From the human T2T-CHM13v2.0 reference genome, Homo sapiens, in NCBI RefSeq assembly GCF_009914755.1, contig NC_060934.1: a stretch of DNA of 64,000 nucleotides, one strand, 5' to 3'. A model generated the notes under the pieces. The model was not told the origin of the DNA, did not search any database, and was given only the letters and a program-made list of their open reading frames with translations. How positions within the stretch are numbered: position 1 is the first letter of the stretch; each line of letters opens with the position of its first letter. Below are positions 15,079-29,762 of this stretch, one piece after another. Both the position numbers and the translations under genes were made by a program.

Positions 15079-16785
15079 GATCTCTAACTGGGGAAGGGAG
15101 GAGACTAGAGAAAAGGATTAGTTGGTCGGCATGAGGAGTCATTTTCAGATGCACTGTCACTTAAAATGAAACAAAAACTAGCAGGATAGAAACATAGTAA
15201 GAAAGGTAGAAGATAGCATACTTCCTTTTGCAAATCTCTTAGCTACTCTAAGTTAATTTTTTTGTATAGTACCGGCATTGGTAAGAGCTAACACATTATC
15301 TCTTACAAACAATAAATTATTTAAAATTGGCCTTTACAACATTATTGTGATGAAGCAGATTCATTGTTTTATTTATTGCCCCAAATATTCACTGTAAAGC
15401 AACAAATTTTCTAAACTTTTTGGGCTCAATGATTTTTACAAGTCCTTTCATACATTTATTCAATTTGAGACTCAGATTACAAGTTAGATAACGAGCTGTT
15501 CTGTGTGATCAACAATGATTATTGGCTGCTGTGTCTTCAGAGTTTTGCCACATAACACACACTTGGAAAAGAATCTATTATAGTTCTGAATCAAAACCAC
15601 TTCCAGGACAGTCTCCACAAGGTGACATTAATTGAGTGAATTCATCACTCTACAAATATGCAGGTTTGGTCATTCCTTACAGTGAGTGGCCCAAAATGGG
15701 CTTTACTCAGATGTCAACTTACATATAAAACAAAGTGAATTTATTACTTGACTGTTAAAAACATAACTGTCACTTGGAGTAGAGGTTAATCAGGGCATGA
15801 CCAGTGCTTTCCCTCCTTGTAGCTGCTTTCATTTTCCTACTTTTGACAGGAACATAATATAAGAAATACTGTTTTTAAAAAAGTTAATATGAAAATAGTG
15901 GAAGGGCAATGATAGTCACTGCTATCAAAATTGCTTTAGTGTGAAGGGTAAAACAAGGAGTAGTAGAGACTGTGTGTAAACCAACACAGGGAGCAGCCCA
16001 ATGCTCAGTTCTAGTCAATTCTTGTAAGACATAGACTCCATATTTCCAGATAATCCAATTTTATAAAAGAATCTGTCAATGTGAAATTGGATGAAACTTC
16101 AAATTATTTATGTCTTATCAGATTCTCCTTCAAAGGTTTTTTACAATTTGTTTTTTGTTTTATTTTTAGTTGTTGATACTGTGAAAATCGACACGGTAAA
16201 TTCAGAATAAAAGAGGAAACATCCCACCTTTAGGCCACTGATTTTCAACCACTAATGCTGCATTTTCTTCATTATCACCAGAATCCAGTCTGCTTGCCCA
16301 GACACCTCCCTATGTGGGCATGGCTAGGATGGGCACCCATATTTGCTTCTGCCACTTTACCTCTCATATTTTCAAGGAAGACGCACCCACCATGCCTTCT
16401 AATACAGTCTTTTTTAGATGCCTTAATGTATTCAAAAGTTATATCAAGTCTTTCAATCTAGGAAGCTATTTTGTTTGAGGTACGATAGTCTGACTGAAAT
16501 TCATTCATTCAACTTATGATCATTTTATAGTTTATTTCTTTGAAGAGAATTTATTTATAACCTTCCTTTTTGCCAGAAACAAGAGACACAAGAGACACTG
16601 AATTTTTAGTGCATGTCTACAGGTTTAATCTTTAATCTTATCTCTGACTCTCACACTTCCTACCCTCCTATAATACAATATAATATAAATAACCTTGGGG
16701 TATCCATTTATTAGGTTAACTGATAATATAAGAGGCTCCCCCCACCTCTCTCTCCCTCTCTCCATATTGATAAAGACATAGATAT

Positions 16786-17180
16786 TGTCAGGCCTCTGAG
16801 CCCAAGCTAAGCCATCATATCCCCAGTGACCTGCATGTATACATCCAGATGGCCTGAAGCAAGTGAAGAATCACAAAAGAAGTGAAAATGGCCGGTTCCT
16901 GCCTTAACTAATGACATTACCTTGTGAAATTCCTTCTCCTGGCTCAGAAGCTCCCCCACTGAGCACCTTATGACCCCCCCACCCCTGCCCACCAGAGAAC
17001 AACAACCCCCTTTGACTGTAATTTTCCACTACCTACCCAAATCCTATAAAACGGCCCCACCCCTGTCTCCTTTCCCAGACTCTCTTTTCGGACTCAGCCA
17101 GCCTGCACCCAGGTGATTAGAAAGCTGTATTGCTCACACAAAGCCTGTTTGTTGGTCTCTTCACACGGATGCATGTGATA
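16786..17180 (+). mobile_element. Solo LTR7 (HERV-H), TSD GATAT
   Basis: tgtcaggcctctgagcccaagctaagcc start, ctataaaa TATA, tggtctcttcacacgga end, 5-bp duplication at 16781-16785 and 17181-17185. Confidence 0.95.
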
Positions 17181-18595
17181 GATATACAAAGCATTTTTAT
17201 AGTCACATTTTGGTGCTCAACTAAGGCTCCCTGATTACACCTCTGCCATATGGATAGTAAGTCACTTAAGCTTGTAGAGGAGTATATTTAATTCTCCTTT
17301 TTGATTCTATAATTTTTAACTATAGAATCTCAGTTTAGCCTATAGGTTTTCTACCATGAAAGGCATTTCTACCCCTACTGTAGGGTAGGAATGAGTTTCC
17401 CAATCAAATTATTAAAAGTTAGATTAACTCTTGGTGATTTTTGCTTAGATTTTAAAACTCTTATTATTGCCTGCAGCTCACAATCACAGATACAATTGTG
17501 ATAAAAACTGTAGTGTACATAGTTCGTGTTATGAGCGTAATGGAAAGGGCAGAGGAGAGCACCCCATAAGGGTCACATTTAGAAAGAAATAGATTCTGTG
17601 AAAAGTAGAATCATATACTATGCTCAATTTACTATTTTAAATGATTAAAGTTTAAATAATATTCAACAAATACATTCCACAGTTCCATATATAAAATTTG
17701 CAAGATTTACAGTTATATATTTATCTTGTTTGGGTGGAGGTCTATGAAACATATAAACTTCAGATCAGATTTTCACAAGCTGTTGTTTTTGGCAGCTCCA
17801 CCTCCCTCATCCCACCACATTTGCGTTAAGCAAGAACAAATCAGACCTTCGATTTTTACTGTTGAGATGGCAGCATCCAAAATTTGAGGTAGCTGAATTT
17901 GATGATAATTTAGGGTTGATTAAACCATTCCTATGAATTGCTTCTTTTCTTGGCAAGTGTTTACAGTGTTCAAGCTTGAGCTCTATTTACAGCAACCCCA
18001 TTTCACAAGATGCATTATTTGAAGGGGGGCTGTGGGCTGTGTGCATTTTTGGAACTGACTTTTAGAGTGTTCCTACTCCAACCACACATTTGTGTGGTAT
18101 TTGTGAATTCAGTGCTTGTGCTTAGCATTTGATAAGGTGCAGGGAGATTGGTCTGAAGTGGTCTCAGTGCTAAGGCCAGAGAATCTGCTGAAAATTCTTA
18201 CATGATGAAAACCCTGGCTTGCTAGCAACTGATATTTCCCTCCATCCCAGGGAATAGCACTTCTTATCTTTGTTCCGTTGTGGTTTCTTATCTTATCCTG
18301 GCAGAAATAAGAGACTACCTTCCTGTGAATGAAGGCCTCAGACTGTGAAATTTGCTGTATTTGAAATCCTAGACTTGCTTTGGAGTCATAATGGATTCCA
18401 ACTGGTCAATATCAGCAAGGTAGTGCTGTCTTTAAATAGCAGGTCCAGGTCAAGGATGCATAACAAGAAGTGTAGAATGTAGAATGGTATGGTAGGCATA
18501 CATTTTTCCCATCATTTTCATTTATTCGTGGGTCATTTATTAAATAAGAGACTTTAACAACCCCTTGCTGCTTGACAGAAAGCATGCAGGCTCAC

Positions 18596-18657
18596 AAATC
18601 TGGCAAAAAACACACAAAACCCTCTTCAGATCCAGTTTAGATGTAAACATAAGACCT
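18596..18657 (-). pseudogene. Alternative candidate exon (62 nt, phase 2-1): GLMFTSKLDLKRVLCVFCQI
   Basis: Strong acceptor caactttttttcag|, donor TTT|gtgagc, open frame loosely like the post-LPEP segment. Competes with exon D for the same position in the domain. Confidence 0.25.
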
Positions 18658-18890
18658 CTGAAAAAAAGTTGCTACGACTAAATATTTTAATATATTCTAA
18701 ATCTGACTCCAAAATAATTGCAACAAGAGAAATGTAAGTTAGAAAATAAGAGTTTTACATTTAAAAAAATCATTAAGGAAAATTGTAGAAACCCCAGTTT
18801 AGGAAGTCTTTAAATTTAGATTTTATTGTAGGTTTTAACGCTGATCTTATCTCCAGTAATAAGTGACCTTGCAATAACTTTGTTCAATAA

Positions 18891-19300
<410 letters not shown>

Positions 19301-19720
19301 CGTTTTATACAGTTTTAAAGGGTATATGTATTTGTTGAAATATCATTCTTCTCTTTCTTAGTTGCTTGTTTTGAAGAATTTACAGAAACACTTCTGTAGT
19401 GGGAAGAATGCTAAGCAGCTAATGAAAATGCTAATTAACTATAAACAAACAAAAATAATGGTAAACCATAATTTTACAACCAAACAACATCTAAAGCCAA
19501 CTAATTTCCATGAACAGAAATTATTTCAGCATGTGGTCAAGGAAAATTCAAGTTTCCTGGCAAATTCAAAGAAACAACTAATATGTTGATAATGTGGTTG
19601 TCTAAAACCTTTGATTGATAAGCTAACAAAAAATTATATTAAATGTTATCAAAGCTATATTATTTAGTATAGCATTCTCTGGTTTCATTTTAACTGGTTA
19701 TTTTACCATAACACTTTCAC

Positions 19721-19758
19721 CTAATTATACTCTGACTATCATACAAGTTTCCAGGATG
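19721..19758 (-). pseudogene. Candidate exon D (38 nt, phase 0-2): HPGNLYDSQSII(R)
   Basis: Acceptor ttattatttttatatttttcag|, weak donor TAG|gtgaaa. It bridges the phases of exon C (LPETIK frame) and exon E and supplies the LYD motif expected after LPEP. Confidence 0.35.
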
Positions 19759-20687
19759 CTGAAAAATATAAAAATAATAACCTAAAAAATGAAGATAAAA
19801 AAACAAACATCTTAATTTAAATGATCTATTTGGAACAAGAAAGTTCTTTTGCTTATGAAAAGTCATAAATTTTAATTTCCTAAAATTTATGTTAGGATAA
19901 AAGAAATATGCTGCAAATTATGGTAATACACATAAGTCCATTTTGGGCAGGTTTGTTAAATTAAACAAGCATTTTCTATACTCATTATATCATTGGTTTA
20001 AATTACACTTTATGAAGAAATATTATTTAAAGTATATTTATAGGTCGGAGTAAGGACAAAATTAAAATTTCATACATTTTTGGTTAACTTTGATCCTTTG
20101 AATATTTGCACTTATTAAAATTATTTTTTACATTTTTGTCAACTCCTATAAAACTTCTCTGTTATCCATGTAGATTTAGAGATAACTTTGCATACCAGGA
20201 TGGGTTGTTCTCCCTGAGGAAAGTTTTTATCAAATATTTTTCTAGAAAAATGTGTCTATAAAGACAACTTTAGGAGACAGGAGGAAAAGGCTGATTTCTG
20301 GATGCTTATCTAAAGATTGAACAGACTGTAACTTTTGTGATGCCTTTCTTATTTACCCTTGTGTCTCAAGAACCTAGGAGAACAACTTATACCAATTCAT
20401 TAAATATTTTATTGACTGAACCAAAAATGAGAGTGCTAACAGACTTTTTATGTACTCACTTATTCAAGAAATAACTACTGGGCAAGGCCAACGTGCCAGA
20501 CATTGGACTAGATACTGTGTACATTCTTAAATTTGCTTTGCTGGAAGTTTTATCACGAATCTTTGGACTTTAAAAACCTTCTCAGGCTATGGATCTAAGC
20601 CAAGAATTGATCATAATATTTCACCTTCAGCACCCATACATTTCATTAAATTATTTTCTTCTCGAGGTTTCCAAAATATCACAAGTT

Positions 20688-20877
20688 TCCCTCCCTGTGT
20701 CCATGTGTTCTCATTGTTCAACTCCTACTTATAAGTGAGAACATGCAGTGTTTGGTTTTCTGTTCATGTGTTAGTTTGCTGAGAATGATGGGCCTGTCGT
20801 GGGGTTGGGGCAGGGGTTGGGGAGGGATAGCATTAGGAGAAATACCTAATGTAGGTGACAGGTTGATGGGTGCAGCG
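20688..20877. mobile_element. 5'-inverted (twin-primed) L1PA 3'UTR fragment lacking its poly(A)
   Basis: Reverse L1 3'UTR (20688-20791) joined directly to the forward adjacent segment (20792-20877). Confidence 0.85.
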
Positions 20878-21016
20878 ACTTAAGCAGCAAAGGTCAGGAA
20901 GTGACCTTTCTTTAAGGTTATTTTATCTGCAAGTAAGACCAGACCATTTTTCTGAAGGTTTTGTAAGCATTGGCTTCATCGAATCAAACATAGGCCTTTA
21001 AAAGTGTCTGGTTATA

Positions 21017-21552
21017 GAAGCATCATTTGACCCAGCGATCCCATTACTGGGTATATACCCAAAGGATTATAAATCATTCTACTATATAGACACATGTACA
21101 TGTATGTTTATTGCAGCACTCTTCACAATAGCAAAGACTTGGAACCAACCCAAATGCCCATCAATGATAGACTGGATAAAGAGAATGTGGCACATATACA
21201 CCATGGAATACTATGCAGCCATAAAAAGGATGAGTTCATGTCCTTTGCAGGGACATGGATGAAGCTGGAAACCATCATTCTCAGCAAACTAACACAGGAA
21301 CAGAAAACCAAACACTGCATGTTCTCGCTCACAAGTGGGAGTTGAACAATGAGAACACATGGACACAGGGAGGGGACCGTCATACACCGGGGCCTGTCAG
21401 GGGGTCGGGGGCTAGGGGAGGGATAGCATTAGGAGAAATACCTAATGTAGATGATGGGTTGATGGGTGCAGCAAACAACCATGGCACGTGTATACCTATG
21501 CAACTAGCCTGCATGTTCTGCACATGTATCCCAGAACTTAAAGTATATTAAA
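21017..21552 (+). mobile_element. 5'-truncated L1PA (PA7/8-like), TSD AAAAGTGTCTGGTTATA
   Basis: End of ORF2 plus 3'UTR; 17-bp duplication at 21000-21016 and 21553-21569. Confidence 0.95.
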
Positions 21553-24087
21553 AAAAGTGTCTGGTTATAATTAATTCAATGAGCATCATTCTCAAATATG
21601 ACATTCCAGGCAAAGACTTGGTCACATAACCAATGTTTCCATGTGTGCTCTTTAAAAGGAGGACAGGTTCTTATTGAACCCATGCATATAACTATGCTGC
21701 CAAGAAAATAAGAATACTTAACTCTGAAAAGATCAGACAGGGAGATAAAGATACATATTTCATTTCCTTTAACAAAAGCATAATCCATTAAATCGTTATG
21801 AGGTATAGCTAAAGATACAGATAGATGATATCACTGGAGAAAAGAGAGTTTCTTATATCCCCAAAAGAGAATTATAACACAACAATATTTCAAACAAAAA
21901 CCAGAATTATTTCTCATCAGTTCATTCAGTCCTGTGTAATTAATTATTGTTCCACTTGATTATGGGTTATCAGTCTCATGAACCCATCTGCTTTTCGGCT
22001 AGAAATCTGGAAGTCCTGACTCAGTGCACTGGTATGATGTTAAAGTTTTTAAAGCAATACTATAATATCAGAAGATGGTACCCAAGAGAACTTGGCATAG
22101 TCATGGGGCTCTGAGACCATCCTTTATTACAGTCAAAACATTCTGGCTTGTAGCTAGCACTTTTAGAGAAGCATCAAAATTAAACAAAAACACTTTCTGT
22201 AGATGACAAAACTTAAAATAACTGTGGTTAATTTATTGCTGATAATTTTCAAGAGGTAAAGACCTGATAAGAGTTAACTATGAAAATCATGCAATTGACA
22301 AAGAACTGTGTTTTCTGTGGCAGGCAAAGAAAATCAATAAAAACAGTTGATAAAATATCTTAAAATATAATATTTAACCCTGTTTTTAAAGAAGACTTGA
22401 TGTAGCATCTAATTTATAAAAATTGGTACATAATCTTTACAAAGAAAAAAACCCTTCAGATATAATCTATGATAATTCTGAGACTTAGTATAACATGAAT
22501 ATACCAAACATATAGAGTGTACCGAGGATATATCAAGATTTTCAATTAAAGAGATGTAACAGTTCTGGAGTAGGTCCTGAACATCTGCATATTAATAAAA
22601 CCCCATAAGTAAGTGATGTGAATGCCCTTTTGCAAACCACCAGGCTAGAAGATGCTAGATACAAATTAAAGAGGTAAAGTTGTAACAAAGTTAAACTTTA
22701 AAAAATATCTGTAATTATGGCCAATAGCACTATACTCATTATCTACTATTAGGCAAAGCAATACCAGGACTCTAAAACATATCTTTGACAGCTAATACAC
22801 TGAAAAATATCCAGGGACTTTCCATACAGCACCTAATTCCTGAAATATGTATAACCATTTGCCTGTATGAATTTAACCCAGGGAAGGTTAAGTATCCCTT
22901 CTGATTTGGCAGTGGTTCCCACACAACTCAGCAGTAGTAACATATCAAATGGGTCTACTTATCTAGCATCTCTCTTTTTAGAAAGTAAGAGAAAACAATT
23001 CTTTGTGGTTTTCCAGAAGGCCTCTGGGAAATCTTGAAGTCAGCTTTAGGTGCAAAAGATGTCATTTAGAATTCAATTTTAGGAAAGCAGAACATCAGAA
23101 GTTCTTAGGAGAGTTGAATACTTGATTAAGATAAAATCATGGGTCACTGGGAAATAATAGTTGGCACCTATTTAATCTAAGTAACAATAAAAGATTTTAG
23201 AAAGAAACATTGGAGGTAATATTGTAAAAATCTTAGCCCTTTCAAGATTGAGAAAACTTTTATTAAATAATCAAGGGCATGATAAAATCAACATACAACA
23301 GACGGAATAATTTTGATAATACACAGAATCCCTGCCTTCTAGGCAGATTACTCAGAAGATAAAGAAAAACTGTTTCCAACAAAAACTTTTTATTGACCAA
23401 TACTCCAAAAAATGTGAAAAACCAAAAAATCTTAAGAAGCACATTATTTTTGAAAACATAATAGATAAACCCATTAAACCTTAGCCAGCTTTGACCATAG
23501 CAAATAAGATTCTCTTTCCAAAAACCTTCTACAACTTTCTATATCCGTTCAAGTTTTGTCCTACACTTTCCTCTTTGTCATTCCAGAGCAATTGGTCATT
23601 TTTCTTTAGGACAAAACTATGATCTTTTTTTCTCTTAACAAAAGCACATTCTTCATACTTTGCATACAAAGTTTTACCTTTACTGCCACTATTGTTTCCT
23701 GGTACAACACATATATCGATTATAATTTTTAACCAAAGTAACTTCTCTTTCACAGTTAAAACTAGGAAATGATTAATTGTACCTTGCCTGTCACACACCA
23801 GTATTTTTCAGCAGACCAGCAGAGTTCATGAAAACTAATAGCTTACTACAGCCATTTTCATTTCTTATAGTACAACAAAGTGACAAAAGTGAACATGTTC
23901 ACAGACCCAAATATACATAGTCTCTCTGTATCATATACAAATAAGAGACAAAAGTACTGAACTTAAAATTATGCTTAGGAAATAATACTTCAGCATTCTT
24001 TTACTGATAATCTAGTTATCTAATGTATATCCATTAATTAAGTAAATTTAGTATTAGTTCAATGTTTTAAATTACCTAAAAATCTTA

Positions 24088-24390
<303 letters not shown>

Positions 24391-24553
24391 CTATTGAAAT
24401 AAAGTTTGTCAAAATAATGATTCAATTTGGTTAAACAAATATTTAAATTTTTTCTGTCACATTAAACATTTGGCAAATAAAACAGGCTAGCTTATTTGAT
24501 TAGTAAGCCTATATAAGTCTAGGAAGAACCACACAAACGTAATAAAAGCATAA

Positions 24554-24889
<336 letters not shown>

Positions 24890-25186
24890 GACAGCTGTTT
24901 TTAGTAAACCAATAAGATTAAACTTGTCTGTTTTGCAAAGATTTACCTCAATTACATGAGCTTGAATTCTTAAGGCATTTGAATTAGTTTTTATATGATT
25001 TATATAGCACATTGAAAGTATTTAATATTTAAATCCTAATGTTTGCAAATTTTAGGAATATTTAGCTTATATAAGCATTTTCTTAAGCCAGTCAGAACAA
25101 AGCTTCTTTAAGAGATTTTATAATCTCGTTTGGTAATGCCACACAGAGGTAGAAAAATATTCCATACTCACAGACATATAAAAGTA

Positions 25187-25505
25187 GAGTTGGCCCTTAG
25201 TATCCATGGGTTCCACATCTGAAGATTTAATCAACCTGATTAAAAATAATTTAAAAAATTTGAGTACTGAACATGTACAAATTTATTTTCCTTGTCATTA
25301 TTCCCTAAACAATACAACACTTCATATGGTGTTTACATTGTATTGGGTATTATAAATAATCTAGAGATGATTTAAAGTATACAGAAGGATATGTGCAGGT
25401 TAGATGCAAATACTAGGCCATTTTATATCAGAGACTTGAGCATCTGTAGATTTTGGTATCCATGAGAGGTCCCGGAAGCAATGCCCCACAGATACAGAAT
25501 GACTG
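25187..25505 (-). mobile_element. MER2
   Basis: agttggcccttagtatccatgggttcc...gactgta termini. Confidence 0.85.
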
Positions 25506-26220
25506 TACACAGAGAGGTTATAGCTTTAATTATTGACTTTTGGTCCTGGGGTAAGAGTAAATACATAATTACAAAATTTGCCAGTCCTTATTAAAGAGAT
25601 AGTCTCTTCTTAGTGTATATGAATTCTTAATTGATTTGAGCTCAAAATATACAAACAGACAAACATAAAAGTCTAGCAAACCAGACACTTTGTTATGTTT
25701 CACCCAAAGAAGAGAAGGTCTCTATGAACCACTTACTCATTTATAGAAATCATCGAATGGTCAGACCATAAAACCAAAAGAAGCCACCACCAAAAATTTA
25801 GTCAGTACTCAAAGGAATCAAAATCCTTACTGTGCTGCAGAGGGACAAGAGTCCAGAACAGAGGACCAGGAGAGAGACTCATTGTTGGGTCTTTAGATCA
25901 CCAGTCAGGAAAGGATCAGAGGGCCCTCTAAGGGGCTTCATTACCTAGGAGGAAATGAGGACCCAAAGGTGAGGTCTGATCCTATCAGTGGTGTGGCACC
26001 AAATTGTCCAAGACACAATGCACCAGACAACTAAGGAGATGACTTTACATAGGTTATTGCAGGATCCAAAGATTAGAGTTTCTCAACAGACTGGTTTTTC
26101 CTTAGACTTTTGAGGGGAGGAGCAAACAAGTTGCAGATGGAGTGATTTACAGCTGCAGTAGTTTTGCAAGTAGGAGAAGTTTCTGTCAGTTATCTGAATA
26201 GTGTTTCTATGATTAGCTAG

Positions 26221-26712
26221 TGCATTAGTTTCCTATTACTGTTGTAACATATTACCATAAATTTAACGTATTAAAACAATACACATTTGTTATTTTGCAG
26301 TTCTGAAGGTCAGAAATCTGAAAAACATCTCACTGGGCTGAGATCAAGGTGTTGGCAGGTCTGTATTCCTTTTGGAGGCTCTAGGAAATAGTCCATTTAC
26401 TTCTCTTTTTCAGCTTCTAGTGGCCACCTGCCTTCCTTGGATCACGGCCCAGTTCCTCCATATTTGAAGCCAGCAATGTCAGGCCACCTCTCTAGTTCCT
26501 CTTTTTTTTCACTCTGACTTCTACATTTAAGGATTTTTGTGATTATATACACCTTGGTAATCTAGAATAATCTCACTATTTTAGGGTTATCTGATTAGCA
26601 ACCTTTTCTCCATTTGAAAAATAATTCCCCTTTGTATGTAAGCTTACATAGTCACAGATTTTAGGAATTAGGATGTGGACATATTTAGCGGGTCATTATT
26701 TTGCCTACCACA
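26221..26712 (-). mobile_element. MLT1 (MaLR) LTR
   Basis: tgcattagtttcctattactgttgtaac...attttgcctaccaca. Confidence 0.85.
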
Positions 26713-27079
26713 TTTAGTTTCAGGGGGATAAACAGTCCTCATGTCAGCTAATCAGTTAAAGAGGAGGATGTAGGAAGGCCTGTTAACACGTTGAAACAAA
26801 GGGGAGAGGGTTATGCTTGGTCTTGTCACAAGTAAACAAGGGAGACATCCACACATCTTACCAATCACAAGGAAGAAAGAACATTGTCTTAGTTAAGTTG
26901 TATAACCAAGGATGATTCTTCGTGTTAAACCACTTCTTAAGACACAAAACAGTAGGTTTTTAAAAAATTGTTACTGTTTTCTGGGAGCTCAGGGCTTCGT
27001 TTTTTTAAAATAGAAAAAAGAGTAAAATGTAGTAAGAAAAATTAAGAGGCAAATTAAGAAGCAGGAGCAACATAAAGAT

Positions 27080-27320
27080 GCTGGGGCTAAGGCTTTAGAC
27101 CCAGACCACTGGAATTTGAATTTGTGCTCTCCTACTTGCAAAAATTGTATAATCACGGGCAAGAGACTTAAACATTATACGCCTTAAACTCCTTATCTTT
27201 AAAGTGAATATGAAGTATCTGCTTCATAGCATGGTTGAGAGGATTATGAGATTATATATGTAAAATGCTTGTTACAGTGCCAGAAAGATAGTCAAATGTT
27301 CAGTTAATGTTATCTATTGT
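27080..27320 (+). mobile_element. MIR
   Basis: Core gggcaagagacttaaac...ccttatctttaaagtg...gttgagaggatt. Confidence 0.75.
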
Positions 27321-27483
27321 TAATTGATTAATGAATCACTCCAGTGAAATGTCATTGGGTAAGAAAAAAATGTGATGTATATTATGCTGAAAGATTTTTC
27401 AGTTTTTAATAGTTGTCAAGTTTTCATGAGTCTGGGTATATGATGGAATAAATAACTTTTTGTCTTTCTCCTCCCTCCACTTT

Positions 27484-27710
27484 CTTTTTATTTCTTGAGA
27501 TGCATTCTTGCTCTGTCACCCACCTCAGCCTCCTGAGTATCTGGGATTACAGGCATATGCCACCACGCCTGGCTAATTTTTGTATTTTTTAGTAGACATG
27601 GGGTTACGCCATGTTGGCCAGGATGGTCTTGAACTCTTGACCTCAGGTGATCTGCCTGCCTCAGCCTCCCAAAATGCTGGGATTACAGATGTGAGCCACT
27701 GTGCCCGGCC
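27484..27710 (-). mobile_element. AluS with internal deletion in right arm; TSD CCTCCACTTT
   Basis: ctctgtcacc|cacctcagcc junction and flanking direct repeat. Confidence 0.9.
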
Positions 27711-28022
27711 CCTCCACTTTTAATAATGCTCCTCACAATAAAGCCCAATCACTGAGATAAGCTTAATTTGTTTTTGATACTTGAATCTTGGAAGATTCTA
27801 TGTAATACATTGGCATAGTAGCCAAATTGCCAAGACTATATTAAGATTAGGAACTGGCAAGATAGAGGATTAGTTATCTGATGAGGGGCCTAGAATGTTC
27901 TTGAACTGGATCAGCTACACAGGAACCTTGATGCTGAGTTCCCCATTAGATTTGTCTTGCAGAGATTAACATCTTCTAGTAGATAAAATTCATTCACATT
28001 ACTTTCATATGAAAGTAATGTA

Positions 28023-29077
28023 CAGTTGACTGGTGAACAGCACAGGGGCTAGGGGTGCCAACACCCCTGCAAAGTCAAAAATCCATGTATAACTTTTGAC
28101 TCCCCTAAAACTTAACTACTAGTAGCTTATGTTGACCAGAAGCCTTCCTGATAAAATAAACAGTCGATGAACACATATTTTGTATGTTATATGCTGTATT
28201 CCTACAATAAAGTAAGCTAGAGGAAAGAAAATGTTATTAAGAGAATCATAGGAAGAGAATATACATTTACAGTACTGTACTGAATCTCTTGATACCATAG
28301 GTTTACATCTTCTGTTTAAAAGATGAGTTAATTGTCTCCTTGAAATTGTACACAACCACGGCTGCAGACTTCAATCTATGGTACATATCAAACAATTCAA
28401 TTTTTTCTTGTAGCATCGTGACTTTTCTCTGCTTCTTGATAGCCCGTCTAGGATCATTGGTGGCACTTCATTTGGGTTCCATGGTATTGTTGAAACTTTA
28501 TGGTATTCCACCAAAAACAATGAATAATATCGAAGAACTGGGAGAGATCACTTTTTACTTCAACATGCAATTTACTGGACAGATGGACTGCTCACTGGGA
28601 AATTAGTGTCACATGGTGTTCTAAGTGGATCTTGCAACACTTGAGCTCCCACAGTAGCAACAGGAGGTGGCTATGAAATTATTACACTAGTACAGTATGT
28701 ACTACAGTTGACTTAATGCAGTTACAGTTTAATACTGAATCTACATTTGTTTACATTTCTCTCAACAGCAAATGTCATCATGTATTATCTGTTTTTGTAT
28801 GCATAAATTTTGATAAATTTTAACTTTTTATAATAATTTTTGTATATTTTATGGTAATAAATGATAAAGTACACTAGTATCTACCTACATTGCATGCATT
28901 CACGGCATATCTAACATTTTCTGATTTTTTTTTTATATTTCTAGGGTGCACAGTTTGTCTGTAAGTTTTTTCAAATTGTTGCAGGTCTCCAAAAGTTTTT
29001 TTCAATATATTTATTGCAAAAATCCACAGAAAAGTGGACCTGTGCAATTCAAACTTGTGTTGTTCAGGGGCCAACTA
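28023..29077 (+). mobile_element. Tigger2-family non-autonomous DNA transposon (Tigger2b-like)
   Basis: TA-flanked TIRs cagttgac...aacagcac / gtgttgttcaggggccaact and Tigger2 internal motifs. Confidence 0.85.
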
Positions 29078-29687
29078 TAACTGCTTTAACTGGTTGCATT
29101 TTTATCAATTTTCTGTAACTTAACTTCTATGTATATAGAGCTAGCTGTAAACTAGCCTAAGTGAATCACAAATCTCATCAGATGTTCCTACCCCCTCCCC
29201 AAATAGGATCAGGTAATTCCCAGAATGTCTGCTAGATGATGCTGAATCATCTCTTTTTCCTGTTCCCAAGTCTTGGACAATTTTCCCAACAACTTATAAA
29301 CAAGTCAGAATTCAGCAATACGGTGTGCAGAGAGAAATCAGGCAGGGTCTTGCAAGTGAATATGGAGAGTCCATTATGAATGATTCAGGACGCACTTCAG
29401 GACCAAACTACCCCAAAGGTGATCCCAAACATACTTATTTGAAAATATTGGTTGCTTTGATTCCAAACAAAGTCCATTTTTTGAGCTCATGGCATATTTG
29501 AGTTTTTATGTACTTCTATTTTTTTCATTTAACGTTATTTCTTTGACATTTTAAGTAAAATGCATTGTCAGCACATATCCTGAATGATGCTTGGGCCATA
29601 AGGTTTCTGTGTCTGAGTCATTTTAGATTCTGCTCTTCTTTCCCATCATAATATTTGTTTGCTAAAATGTTTCAGATTCTTACTTAC

Positions 29688-29762
29688 CTTAATTGTTTCA
29701 GGCAACTAAACAAAAGATCTAAAATATTTTTAAAAAGCTTGAATGCATTTCAAAACAATTGA
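29688..29762 (-). pseudogene. Exon C, disabled (75 nt): NCFEM/IQAF*KYFRSFV*LPETIK; a cryptic 31-nt version spans 29688-29718
   Basis: Consensus donor AAG|gtaagt. A branch-point-like gctgac and pyrimidine tract ctcttctctctac are followed by TG instead of AG. The translation resembles DVHxVAxALKLYFRELPEP with one frameshift and two stops. Confidence 0.6.
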
